From the NCBI GenBank assembly GCA_964016885.1, contig OZ024742.1:80166001-80230000 (forward strand): a DNA stretch of 64,000 bases. Reading direction: 5' to 3'. Both the position numbers and the translations under genes were made by a program. This stretch comes from Eledone cirrhosa. Its lineage: Eukaryota. Shown one piece after another: positions 26,096 through 39,430 of the stretch (its first letter is position 1; each line of letters begins with the position of its first letter). The notes beneath the pieces are model-generated. The model had not been told where the DNA came from. It searched no databases and was given only the letters and a program-made list of their open reading frames with translations.

Positions 26096-28375
26096 TTGAT
26101 TGACATTAATAATGATTTCTGGACTCGTTCGGATAGAGAGAAACATTTCGACATTACTATGGGATCGTCCGATTCTGCGCAAGTTACCGATATTCTGGGA
26201 ATTTTCATCCTTAATATGATAAATAGAAAACTGCCGAAGATTACCGGTGGTTTATATAGAGATGACATATTATTTACTGTAGTTAAACATAGCAATAGTG
26301 AATTAAATAGAGTAAAGAAAGTAATTGTAGAATTCTTTAAAAATTACGACCTGAAATTAGAAGTAGAAAATAACACTAAAATAGTTAACTTTTTATACGT
26401 AACCCTTAATTTAAACTCAGGCCTATATTACCCCTTCCATAAGCCCAATGAAAACCTTATTCTAATCTTCCTAAATGTGTTAAATATACAATAATCAATA
26501 GTGTTCAACAACGTATATCCAGATTATCTGCTAACAAATCTATTTTTGATAGTAAAGCAGGATATTATAATGAAGGGTTACATAAAGCAGGATATACAAA
26601 TAATATAGAATATGTAGAAAATAATAATAGTAATTATAAACAAAATATTCATAATAATAGGAATAATATAAATAAAACTGACTGTAAAAATATAAATATA
26701 AATATAAATAAAAATAACTATTTGGAGAATAAATCTGTCAAAAAATTAGAACTAGATCTATTATTTGGTATGCCCCACCAGCATCTTTAGCTATTAAAAC
26801 CCTTTAGCATATTTATTTTTCAAAGCCTTAGTTAAATGTTTCCCTAGAACATAAATATTACTCTATCTTCAATAGACTCATGGTTAAACTTTCGTACTCA
26901 ACAGCCATGAATATATGGCTCAAAATATTGCAAAAGTTAATTGCAGAATTCTTAATTCAAACCAACATATAATTAGCGATAATAACAATAGTAATAATAA
27001 TAATACAATAGTTATTAATAATAACAATAATTTAAACACATATTGTAGAACATCTACAAATATTAACAATGCTAATATGAACAGTTTAGATTATAGAAAT
27101 ACCATGAAATTGAACTGTAACTGTAGATGGCAATCCGAATGCTTTTTGCAAAATAACTGCCTTGATAAGAATTTAGTTTATAAATGTACCATTAATCAAA
27201 TAATAATATTACTTATAACTACATCGGTGCAACTTCATCGAACTTTAAACTTAGATTTTTCCATCATAAACATTCTTTTTCTAATCCAGATAACATATTT
27301 TCCAGTATATTATCACAATTAATATGGTCTTTAAAAGAGAAAAAATATGAAATACTCAATTTCTTGGATTAACCTTAGAAATTCAGAATCTTATCGGAAC
27401 CATTCCATTTCACCTCACTGCAATCTTTGCAATTTTGAGACTCTATTAATAATTGCTAATTATGGTAATTTAATTAATAAAAAAAGTGAATTATTTTCAA
27501 ATTACCGCCATAAATCTACAAAAACATTTCAAGCATCATATACATTTAGGTAAAAACATTGACATGAGTGAGAAAAGATATTGACTTTTATTAATAATTC
27601 TTGTTTTTATTAGTATTTGGTAAAATGTTTTACTTCACCTTAGGAAATGCATATCGTTTATTTTATATAGTAAGTTAATCTCTTCATTGACTAAATACCT
27701 TTAGTTTCGTTTTTAAATGCTCATTTTATGTCTTGAATTTTCTATATTTGAAATCTGAAATACCTTCAGGCTTTCAGACCTTTTAGTCAATTTAAACGTT
27801 TAGATATATTGTACGGAGCTTTTGTTTACATTTATCGAGTATAAATTTTCATTTAATCTAAATTGATTAATAATCTATATTTAACTTGACCTATAGTATT
27901 GAATACAATAAGATTTGGTTAAATCGAAATAATAATACTTTCAAGAGTAAATATAACTAATAATTAATCTATATGTAATTGACAACTATTGATTTAAATA
28001 GTATTGTTTATAATATTTATAATTCTAAACATTATATAAAATGCATATAAAGATGATAATATGCAATTAGTTATGATAAATACTCTCATACTTATTTACT
28101 ATAAATATCATTGATACTTAATAATATTTCAGACTTTGAATTTTGTAACTAAATATTGAATATATTTATTAATTTACTATGCTCCTGATTATCATTGAAA
28201 CATATTTTATATTGTTTAATGTAGATATAATATAATGGTGTAATTTGCCTAAATATAACCAAATACAATAAATTAAAACTTCACGGTATTTAATTGATCG
28301 CTTCTACCTGACTTAATATTTGGAAAAAAAAAAAACAGTCACGCATCATGTCCATTTCTTCTTTCTTTCTTTCAT

Positions 28376-28439
<64 letters not shown>

Positions 28440-28707
28440 ATGTTTTTGTCAAACACAGATATTTAAATATTTAACATTTTTATACTTATATGTTTATTTA
28501 TTTATATATTTATTTATTTATTCTTTACTTTCTCCTACTCACCCACTCCTATTACTTATATTTCGCTACTTATCCCTCTCATCATATTTAGTCTGTCACA
28601 CTTTTACTTGTGGTATATAAATATTGAGTTTTGTTGTAATAAATCACTGCCAAGACTGCAATTGAACCCTCAGCACAGTTGAGGTATGTCATGCATTAAT
28701 TTAAGTA

Positions 28708-28769
28708 TTTTATCTGATGAGGACGTACTGAAAAAACAGCACAGTACCTCCGAAATATATATAATAAAA
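28708..28769 (+). ncRNA. Minimal type I HHR
   Basis: TTTTAT CTGATGA GGA-C-GTACTG..CAGTAC-C-TCC GAA A-TATATA-T A ATAAAA. Confidence 0.85.
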
Positions 28770-28813
28770 CATATATTTTGCTTATGTGAATGTATCTATT
28801 TATTAATATTTTG

Positions 28814-28873
<60 letters not shown>

Positions 28874-29625
28874 CTCACTAACTATCTGATATATATATAT
28901 CAGATAGTTAGTGAGTTAGAGAGAGAGAGAGAGAGAGAGAGAGATCTTTGGAGGATTGAGGCATGGTTTTGAAGGACGAGAATAATTTTTACTTTCCCAT
29001 GTGTGTTATGTTTCTGGCAAACAAGTTCGAACATAAGTATATGGATTACATTTGTTCGAGTGTATATATATATAACTGGTTACTAGATCATAAATCTCTT
29101 AACATCTCTTTCACCCTCTCTCCCTGAAACAGCATCAACCCCATTGAGACAAGACAGTCAGCAAAACATTTACCACACACTTTTGTCAAACCTCTCTTCA
29201 CCGTCCACCCTTAGTCCTTAAATCTCATACTAGTATTTCCCAATTAATCTCTAATTTATTGCTTTTTCTTTCATCTGTCATTACCTCAGACTCTCTACAC
29301 GTATCTATGTTTGTTTCGAATATGACTTTTCATGTTAGCACTAAACCCACCACAGAATCCTTATACAAACACTTACTCACCACCACCACTATCATATTCT
29401 GTACTTACATGCTCTCACTTATCATTATATATTTCTTTATCTCTTCATATTTGTATTATTTTTCCATTTTCTTACTTTTTACTGTATCTTTTTTCTTATC
29501 TTTTACTTTTTCTTTTTACATCTGTAACTTCTCTACCTATTTACCATATATATTTTATTATTGATCTTATTGTCTTCATTGTACGCTATTTCTCTATATA
29601 TATCTTGCCTGAGTGAATTGTTTTT

Positions 29626-29736
29626 GTATTCTGAGGAGTTGGTCAGAGGTAAATAATATAATGGAGATCGAGTCACGCAAATTCGAGCGATTAGCGACAT
29701 ATAGACTTACCTGATCAATGAACCAATTGACAATAC
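29626..29736 (+). ncRNA. Degenerate HHR-like motif with long stem II insert
   Basis: GTATT CTGAGGA GTTGGTCAG-A-GGTAA..(long loop)..TTACC-TGATCAAT GAA C-CAATTG-A C AATAC. Positions 15.1/16.1 deviate from A-U. Confidence 0.5.
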
Positions 29737-29951
29737 CTGAAATAAAACCCCGTGTTGTACAGCCAACCATGTTACTCTTCATTCCTTCACTATTATTACT
29801 TCAAGTATAACCTAAATAGGAATTACCGCGAACTCGCTGCCTAACTATGGAAACATCTTGTTGAATAAAAAAAAAGCCGTACGTTAAAACCATCCAGTAT
29901 GCAGACTACTCACAACCTCTAATTGGAATACATATAACGATAACTTGTTAC

Positions 29952-30007
<56 letters not shown>

Positions 30008-30480
30008 AAAGAATGCAATTGCAAAAGATATTGTTGACAATTCGTCTTTTACCTTAGAATTATTTTAAACGTCCTTAATTTTCGAGATAATATCTCTTCT
30101 TCAGAGGGAAATAAAGGTCTCAAACCAGCGTTCTAAATATCTTGCCAAGCCATGCTGACAGGAAATAGTATAGAGTATCTGTTCTATCTCTAATGTCAAA
30201 GAGTTAAAATTAGGTGGATAAAGAGTAGTCTCCCTTTAAAAGGGGTTTGTTTCGATTTTTTTTTTATATACATGCCTGTTTAAGTGTGTGGGAGAATGCA
30301 TGAAGGTGTAAGTATGTGAGTGTGTGTGTGTGAGTGTGAGAAGATAAGTCTATTCGTAAATGTGGGGGATAGGTGTTATCTGGTGTTAGAACTGGTTTTG
30401 TGTGTGTATGTGTGAGAGAGAATAAGTGGAGGTGTAAGCGTGTGTGTGTGTGTGAGTGCGTGTGTGTGTATGGGGTGTGT

Positions 30481-31760
30481 AAGACGCAAATAAGACCCAT
30501 CCTCTCTAGCATAGAAGGACCTCTATACAACATTTCCTGGCTCCTCTCCCAGGTTCTCAAGCCTCTACTCTCCACCTTTCCCGGGCATGTCAGTAGCTCC
30601 GACGAAGTTATACGTAGACTACACCAACTCCAGCCAGAACAACTTAAACTAAATAAATACGCTTTTAGCCTCGACGTTGTCTCACTCTACACTACAGTCC
30701 CCGCTCGTCCAGCTGTCGATTTATTGACGGACTGCGTGATCGCAGAGTACATCCACTGCTACGGCCTCCACCCGACGGACATACACCAGCTTTTGTCCTT
30801 CACAGTAGACAACACGTACTTCACCTACCACCACCACACATACAGGCAGACAACAGGATTACCCATGGGATCCAGACTATCGGGCCTGCTGGCCATCACC
30901 TACATGAACCAGCTAGAATGCCGAGCCCTCAACACCTGCCATTCCCATGCCTTCTTCACCCGATATGTAGATGACATACTCATCCTCACATCATCCCCTG
31001 AGGAGGCAGATAAAATATACACAACATTCTCCAGCATGGACGCCAGTATAAAGTTCAGCATGGAACACCCCGATGACCGCAGATCCCTATCCCTACTGGA
31101 CATCCAACTCAGGGTAACAGAGGAAGGCAACATCTAAACCTGCTTCTATAAAAAAGCCGCCAGCAGGGACCTGTTCATACATTTCAGATCGGCCCTCCCA
31201 CTCGGTGCCAAGTTCGGATACATAAGGAACGAACTGGCACGTATCCGGATCAAATGCACCGACGCTAGAGACCGAGATACACACACCACACATTTCCTGG
31301 AAGTACTCAAACTGAACGGATACACGACATCCACCACAAACCGTGCCAGAAAGAACAGAGGACAGCACACCCGAGGCACTAACACTTGCTTCCTGAAGCT
31401 CCCACATTTCAGTGAAGAAACAACAACAGCCATCCGCAGAGCCATCAGACGAGAAGGACTAGATATCCAACTGGTCCACTCAGGTCCTTCTCTGCGCGGA
31501 CAGCTAGCCAAAAGACACTCCACCAGACATGACAACTGCTGCATACTAGCCAACTGCCCCATCAACGACACAGACCTATGCCACCAAGTTTACGTCGTAT
31601 ACAGACTAGAGTGTGACAAATGCAACAACTTCTACGTAGGTAGCACCACCTGACCACTCCACATAAGAATAAAAGAACACCTCAATACTAACGCTTCCTC
31701 ATTTAAGAAACACCTAGTTAAATGCAAAAACACCGACAATACCATAACAGTTAGGATAGA
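30481..31760 (+). pseudogene. PLE RT + partial GIY-YIG
   Basis: IRPILS, SLDVVSLYT, YRQTTGLPMGS, RYVDDI, LLDI, then in frame past TAA (31135) FYKK.., VVYRLECDKCNNFYVGSTT*PLHIRIKEH. Confidence 0.9.
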
Positions 31761-31999
31761 CTTATCTTCTCACACTCACACACACACACTCACATACTTA
31801 CACCTTCATGCATTCTCCCACACACTTAAACAGGCATGTATATAAAAAAACCCTAAACAAACCCCTTTTAAAGGGAGACTACTCTTTATCCACCTAATTT
31901 TAACTCTTTGACATTAGAGATAGAACAGATACTCTATAATATTTCCTGTCAGCATGGCTTGGCAAGATATTTAGAATGCTGGTCTGAGACCTTTATTTC

Positions 32000-32034
32000 C
32001 CTCTGAAGAAGAGGTATTATCTCGAAAATTAAGG
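32000..32034 (+). ncRNA. Ultra-minimal HHR (inverted copy at 30073-30107)
   Basis: CCT CTGAAGA A GAGR-TATTA-TCTC GAA A-AT-T A AGG. Confidence 0.6.
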
Positions 32035-32196
32035 ACGTTTAAAATAAGTCTAAGGTAAAAGACGAATTGTCAACAATATCTTTTGCAATTGCATTCTTTT
32101 TTCTATGTCCATACCTGCATTGTTTTGGCTTTATTATACATATTCAAACGTTTATACCTCATTACACAATGCTTCAAGTGAACTATAAACTCCTCC

Positions 32197-32321
<125 letters not shown>

Positions 32322-32349
32322 TACATAGATATGTATCGGGTAAATATGT

Positions 32350-32454
<105 letters not shown>

Positions 32455-32616
32455 AATATATTATCGGAGAAATCTTTTTTGCGATACTCCGGCCAAATTC
32501 CAACTCACTCAACAAACATTAAGAAATAAGTGAATATATTCCTAATTAAACGTTCGGGGTGCTAACTAAATGTATTGTGTGGAAAATTGGCTGTATTATT
32601 TCTTATGAGACATATC

Positions 32617-32669
<53 letters not shown>

Positions 32670-32674
<5 letters not shown>

Positions 32675-33131
32675 ATAATAATTAATTTGAAAACTAAAAT
32701 CCAAAGAGGGCTCGATAAGGATAAATATATATCAAATATATAAGAACCGTAGAGCAAATATTTATTAAAATAACAGATTAAAGTTTAAGCAAATAATCGC
32801 TGCTTTCACCCTTAACGGGATCTTCTGAAACTAACAAAGTCAATTTGTAAACGCAGAAGTGGATATTTCAAAAAACGTTGCAACCGGAGGAAGACAGGAA
32901 GACGATACTTAGGTTCGTGGAAACATTCCCTATGCAAATAAGTAATATATATTACTAATTTGCATAGGGAACTTTTCCATGAACCAAAGCATCGTCTTCC
33001 TGTCTTCCTCCGGTTGCAACGTTTTTTGAAATATCCACTTCTGCGTTTACAAATTGACTTTGTTAGTTTCAGAAGATCCCGTTTAGGGTGAAAACAGCGA
33101 TTCTTTGCTTAAACTTTAATCTGTTATTTTA

Positions 33132-33132
<1 letters not shown>
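32670..33132. repeat. Fold-back pair of pLTR fragments from the 15.5 kb PLE family, each with the U4A HHR (32782-32832 minus, 33065-33115 plus)
   Basis: ~32765-32945 is inverted at ~32952-33132 around TATATA. Same family at 40080-40250 and 52790-52955. Confidence 0.85.
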
Positions 33133-33166
<34 letters not shown>

Positions 33167-33167
<1 letters not shown>

Positions 33168-33568
33168 AGAATAGAAAATGCACGAAAAATCAGAGATGCA
33201 TCTGAACTCAATTTATTGTGTGTTACAATTGTTTCGCCGGTGGACAACTCGAGACGCGATCATTGTGTGGATCTGTCTGATTCTGTACCCGCATGTTCGA
33301 CGGACACGTCTAAAGATTTCGGAGCATATTGTCTCTGTGAGAGAATCACTAGACGTGTCTGTCGAACATGCGGGTCCAGAATCAAACAGATCCACGCAGT
33401 GAACGCGTCTCGAACAGCCCGTCGGCGAAAAAATTGTAACACACAATAAATTGAGTTCAGATGCATCACTGATTTTTCGTTTTCTATTCTATCATACTCT
33501 GCTCTGTAAGAGCATAGCGTTATCAACCGGCATACCGCCTATGGAAGCATCTTAGCTAGCATCAGACA
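33167..33568. repeat. Dispersed repeat with fold-back, ending AATAAA...CA (LTR-end-like); relatives at ~21545-21615, 37250-37410, 51035-51420, 60402-60478
   Basis: 33167-33325 is inverted at 33335-33491. Shared GATGCATCACTGATTTTT and TACCGCCTATGGA(A/C)GCA motifs. Confidence 0.6.
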
Positions 33569-34209
33569 CACATATATATATATGTATATATAAAAAATTG
33601 TTTTCATTCATCAGAATGAAAAAATCCTGGTGTCTTTGGTTAAATTCCTGAAAACTGTAGAGTGCTCAACTTATCGGGCTGAAAGGTGCCAATCATATAT
33701 GTAATATAGAATATGCTTCAATCAATCCCGGTTGGAGCTGTATAGATGAAGTAATTCCGTCGGAAAGGTCCAGGAAAAAAGAGTGCTGTATGTAAGTTAC
33801 AGAGCTTATTAGTTATGTAATAAACAACATAAGATACTTATTTCATTTACCAGTGGTTTCTTGAAAGCAACCAAAATTGCTTTCATTCATCAGAAATATG
33901 ACCGGGCTACGCGCCCCCATGAATGTGTACCTTTTCAATCGTGAATACATGCTCTCCACGTGTTCCACTTTGGAACACTTATTATTATTGTTTTTTCCGT
34001 ACACTGACCTAAGTTTGCACATCATACTCCCCATATGTAGTATATCACATAAATACATGTACCTTCTCCCCCCCCCCCTGTTTTTTTATATAAATCTATA
34101 TGAAGTTATATGCATATTTTAAGGTATTTTTATATATCGTAAATTTGTTTTATTGTTTTTATGTGTGTGTACATGCGTAAACCTGTGCGTATGTATATGT
34201 ATGTGTGTG

Positions 34210-34252
<43 letters not shown>

Positions 34253-34496
34253 ATGTGTGTGGGGGTATGTATATGTGTGAGTATATATATATATATATAT
34301 ATACATATACATATGTGTAGATATGTGTGTATATACATATATATATATATATATAGATGTGTATGTGTATGTGTATGTGTGTGTGTACATATACATATGT
34401 GCATGTATGTGCATATGTGTGTGTATATATATATATGGGTGTGTGTATGCATATAGAGTTATACATATGTGTGTATGTATGTGTATATATGTATAA

Positions 34497-34571
<75 letters not shown>

Positions 34572-34714
34572 CATATATATACACACATATATAAACATAC
34601 ACGCACACATATATATAACTCTACATGCATACACACACCCATATCTATATCTATATATACACACACATATATATCTTCTGCTTTTCAAAAGTAGAGTTGA
34701 AATGGAGGATCTGT

Positions 34715-34749
<35 letters not shown>

Positions 34750-34750
<1 letters not shown>

Positions 34751-36194
34751 TAAAAATGAAAAGAAAATGCTGACAAATTGTTCCCAGTGAAAAATAGTTT
34801 AATTAGTAATAAGTAAAAATTAGTAGTAGTATTGGTTAGTATTCAGTTTTGGTTTTAAGTTTTACCGGTTGCGCATTACTAAAGCTTTTCAAAAATAATT
34901 TTGAGATAGAGCGTCCGTGATGTTTGCTCTAATCTGATTAGTTTTGGAAATTCTACCTGTTTTTATGTTAAAAAGGTGGCTCCAGCGGTATTAAAATAAG
35001 TTTTGCGGCAATTCCTGTTGCAAAAATTCTTGTGGTCAAAACAATTTTGATTGGCCGGTAGAGGTCATTTGCATGTTAACAATTGATTTTGCGCCAAATG
35101 TAGGTTTGTGTCGGCTGATTGAGAAGTCACTGAAAAATAAGTCTTTCAAAACAAATATGTGTGTGTGTGTAGTAGTAGTAGTAAAGAGGTTCGTTGTTGT
35201 GATAATGGTCAGCAGGGATGTGTGTGCGAACCGCAGCCTGTTGACAGTTCAAATGCCTATTAAGACAAGTGTGTGTGTGTGTGTGTGTGTCGTGTGTGTG
35301 TGTGTAGCAGAGTAATTCGTGGTAGGGGGATGGTCAGTAGGAATGTGTCTGTAAGTGTGTGGGGGATATTTTAACATGTTAAAAGATATTGTTTAGCTCT
35401 TGTCTTATACGGAGAAGTGTGTGTGTGTATGTGTGTGTGTGTGTGTGTGTGTATGTCTCTTTGTATGTTAATGTACGCGGGTGTATGTGTGTGTGTATAT
35501 ATGTGCATGTGTGCGCATACACGTGTGTGTGTGTGTGTGAGAGAATGTGTGTGTGTGTGGGTGGACCAGTAATTATTTTTGTGGTACTGGTGAAATGGTG
35601 TACATTATTCGATATTTTCAGTAAAACCGATTCTCTCAATAGCACATCAAAAACCTTAATAATAAAAGGTGTGAAATGATATATAGCATTGGCATAATAC
35701 CAAGGTGTGTGTGAGTGTGTCCAGATTGTACGTACTGCAAGGGGAATCCATTAGGCCTTGCTGTATTGGAATACCTGTGTACAAATATGTATCTGGAGTG
35801 TGTCCAGAAATTGTATACATGTGTACAAATTGTATACTTGTGTACAAATTGCACACATGTATCTGGAGTGTGTCCAGAAATTGTATACTTGTGTACAAAT
35901 ATGTATCTGGAGTGTGTCCATATTGTACGTACTTCAAGGGGAATCCATTAGGCCTTGCCGTATTGGAATACTTGTGTACAAATATGTATGTGCCCATCAG
36001 TGTGCAATGCATGTGTGTTTGTGTTGCACCATAGAACATGTGTGTTTACGTATGTCATTGTGTTTATATCTGGGTAGAGATGTATGCTGATGTAGGTATG
36101 TATGTTGACGTGTGTATGTTGTGGGTTCGTCTTAGGGAGAAGTGTTTAGACGGGGTCCGTATTTGTGAATAAAGTAAGATTCCTTGCTGATGCG

Positions 36195-36258
<64 letters not shown>

Positions 36259-36499
36259 CTTGCATGTATGTACTTAGACATATGTGTATGGTTACATGGT
36301 TGATATTTGTGCATGTATAACAGGATGCATCCTTCCATGGATGACACTGTATGACCTTTTGTGCAGATTTATATGACTGTGAGTATATCACATTGGGTAA
36401 GAATAGAGATGTATACATGCGTGCGTGTATCTTCTTTGTGGATGTACGTGGACACAGAGGTAATTTGGCGCGTATTTGTTGGAATGTATATGAGCCACT

Positions 36500-36535
<36 letters not shown>

Positions 36536-37250
36536 GTGTATTTGTGTATGTGTATGTATGTGTGGGTGTATGTGTGTGTATGTACACATACATAGGGCAG
36601 GGTTTGTTTGTAAGTTTATGTGCGTGTACATATACATATGTGTAGATATATATACATGTCTGTATGTATGTGTGTATGTGTGTTTGTGTCTTTGGAAGTG
36701 TGTGTGTCCTTGTTGCCTATCAATAAGTACAAGCGTGTATGTGTGCATGTTTGTGTATATGTGCAGATGTACGCGAACGCTTATATGTGTCCTTGTATAC
36801 GTGTACGTGTGTGTCTGCGTGTGTGCGCGTGTGAGTAGGTGTGAGACCGCATGCAGGCGCCAGTGGACGTGTGTTTGTGTGTATATGGGTGTGGGTGTAT
36901 GTGAGTATGTGTAAGAGAGGGAGTGTGTGTGTTTATGTGTATATGGATGTGTGTGTCTACACTTGTGTGCGTACATATGTCTATGCATATATATGTATGT
37001 GTCTGCGTGTGTGTGTATGTGTGTGTGTATTTATATGTGTGTGTGGTTATTCGAGAGTGTGAGCGGACTTGTGAGATACCAAACCCAGCATGAGTCCATT
37101 GAAGTGTGTCGGACGGAGAATAGCTGATGACCAGTGTGGCAGCAAATAATGACCATAATTTATGATGACGTAGAACAACAACAGCCAATGGCAAGTCAAG
37201 AGTGGAAGATGGTTTTTGAAGGTGTTTTTTGAAGCTAACACCCCAGTGAG
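34750..37250 (-). mobile_element. Probable long PLE 3' region with U3-A8 HHR relic (34860-34895) and internal minisatellite (35705-35990)
   Basis: Minus strand TTGAAAA GC..GC GCAA CCGG TA AAA; TG-rich body like the other PLE 3' regions here; SFKKHL-like peptide near 37220. Confidence 0.45.
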
Positions 37251-38350
37251 AATATTTGCTCCGAAAGCATTGCATGTGTCCGAAGAACCCGCAGTTATAG
37301 AATCAGACAGATCCATACAATGATCATGTCTCGAGCTATCTGCCTGCGCAACAATTGTAACACACAATACACTGAGTCTAGATGCATCACTGATTTTTCA
37401 TTTTTTTTATATTATATATATATATATATATAATTAAAAGTTGATTAGAAGCGAAGTCAATGCAGACAGGCAGACATACAGACATATATTACAAGCGCGG
37501 GACGTTATAGCTATGTATCTATCTAAAAAACAGAGTAAGAACGAGTGAGGGATGGCGTATTATATATATTATATATAATAAATACCAGGAACATAGTCAG
37601 CTCTATTAAAATATAAATATAGTAGAGATTGACAATATACACAGAAATTGAATCCATGATACATAAAAAATATATGATATTATATATAAACTGCAAAATA
37701 TATGAAGGTTTATTTAAGCGATCGCTAACCGGATGTGTTGACATTTGAAAATTGTAAAGATGTGAATATTTATATGAAAAAAAGAAAATGTCGATCTACA
37801 TGGCTGAATACAATAAATGTAATTTGAGTTTTTCGAATATTAATAATTACATTCGATTCGTTTGCAATTATGCAAACAAGCCTCAATTTTATAGCCATGT
37901 CAGGAGAATGAACACTTCATCCTTGCTCTTGTGTTGGCATGCAAACACAAGAGCATGCCAACACAAGAGCAATAATTAAGTGTTCATTCTACTGACATGG
38001 CTATAAAATTGAGGCTTGTTTGCATAATTGCAAACGAATCGAATGTTATTATTAATTTTCGAAAAACTCAGGTGGATGTAAATCCGAAATATATAGGGAC
38101 AATTAAATCTCTCCCAAGGTAACTCTCTCTCTCGTGTTGTTATTTTAATTTTATCCTTGATACTCTTTCCTTCATTCTTCTACACATCTTATACACGCCA
38201 CGCATCTCAACGTACACCCACTTACAACTCTCTCTCCACCACCGAATCTTGTTACCCGGAGATTTATCCATTTGCATTGTCGAGGCTTCCAAACGACTTA
38301 AAGATATTTACTTATTATTCCACAATGCTTCAAGCAAACTTCAATACTCT

Positions 38351-38427
<77 letters not shown>

Positions 38428-38680
38428 ATAACGAAGGAGTTGTGGTAAGGAACCAGATGAACCATAATGCACTGGAGTACACAATACATAGGGTAGTAGA
38501 GTGGGTAAAAGGAAAATGTATGACTCCGACGGTAGAGCTGAAGCCGTTTCAACGGCTTCAGCTCTACCGTCAGGGTCATACATTTCCCAATATATACTAT
38601 ATATATATATATATATGTATGTATATATATATATATACAATATATTAATAAATGGAAACTATATTTATAAAACCATATTT

Positions 38681-38744
38681 ATTTTATTATATATATTTCA
38701 AGGGCGTCGAAGGTAAATTATGGTACACTTTCATCAGATAAAAT
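38681..38744 (-). ncRNA. Minimal type I HHR
   Basis: ATTTTAT CTGATGA AAG...CTT GAA A-TATATA-T A ATAAAAT; imperfect stem II. Confidence 0.72.
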
Positions 38745-38840
38745 ACAGATTTGTTTTATAAATAAATATTGACATATCCGGAAAAAAAGAGAACCTTAGC
38801 GTTTGAGGTTGTTGAATCCCAACAAATTAAAAATAACCTC

Positions 38841-38915
<75 letters not shown>

Positions 38916-38920
38916 ATATG

Positions 38921-38969
<49 letters not shown>

Positions 38970-38986
38970 GTGTATATATATATGTG

Positions 38987-39066
<80 letters not shown>

Positions 39067-39105
39067 CATAATATAAAATCAAAAGACGATTAAAAGAGTT
39101 CCATG

Positions 39106-39177
39106 TATTTTATTATGCGCATTTCAAAAACAAATATCATCAGGGGATGATATTTGCGTTCTCATCAGATAAAATAT
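39106..39177 (-). ncRNA. Minimal type I HHR with long stem II
   Basis: TATTTTAT CTGATGA GAA-C-GCAAATATCATC-CCCT-GATGATATTTGT-T-TTT GAA A-TGCGCA-T A ATAAAATA. Confidence 0.85.
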
Positions 39178-39339
39178 GGAGACATGATATGAAGCTTAAA
39201 AAACCCTTGCGAGCAGTGAAGTGTTAAATCAGCATATGAAAAATAAAATACGATGGATATATGAGATTGGGGAAAAAAAGAAAGGAAGGGGGTGGGGGGT
39301 AAGGATGAAAGAATATAATAAGAAAAAAGATATAATAAT

Positions 39340-39430
39340 TATTTCTACTTTTGGCACAAGGCCAGCAATTACCCAGTGCATTACTGGTACTTTATTTTTT
39401 ATCGACCCCGTAAGGATGAAAAGCAAAGTA
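39340..39430 (-). mobile_element. 5'-truncated SINE copy
   Basis: GGCACAAGGCCAGCAATTACCCAGTGCATTACTGGTAC...ATCGACCCCGTAAGGATGAAA. Confidence 0.85.

Larger units (their letters stand above)
25744..28815 (+). mobile_element. 5'-truncated decayed Hydra-type PLE with SINE insertion and 3' HHR
   Basis: WFKNI..FIQMDI, FDITMGSSDSAQVTD, GGLYRDD, YYPFHKPNE, CNCR..C, NLVYKC, CNLC..E, LINKKSE in broken ORFs 26042-27553; HHR at 28708-28769. Confidence 0.88.
30005..32195 (+). mobile_element. Penelope/Poseidon-like PLE, truncated, bounded by ~350-bp inverted pLTR copies
   Basis: ~30005-30353 is the reverse complement of ~31756-32103; RT/EN coding sequence lies between. Confidence 0.88.

Noticed and set aside
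31651-31653. UGA in the Penelope GIY-YIG as selenocysteine
   Set aside because: Falls at an Arg position (T-R-x-L); CGA>TGA decay, and the copy also has a TAA stop.
35705-35990. Repeat-spacer pattern reminiscent of CRISPR
   Set aside because: Irregular minisatellite-type duplications without unique spacers, in eukaryotic DNA with no cas genes.
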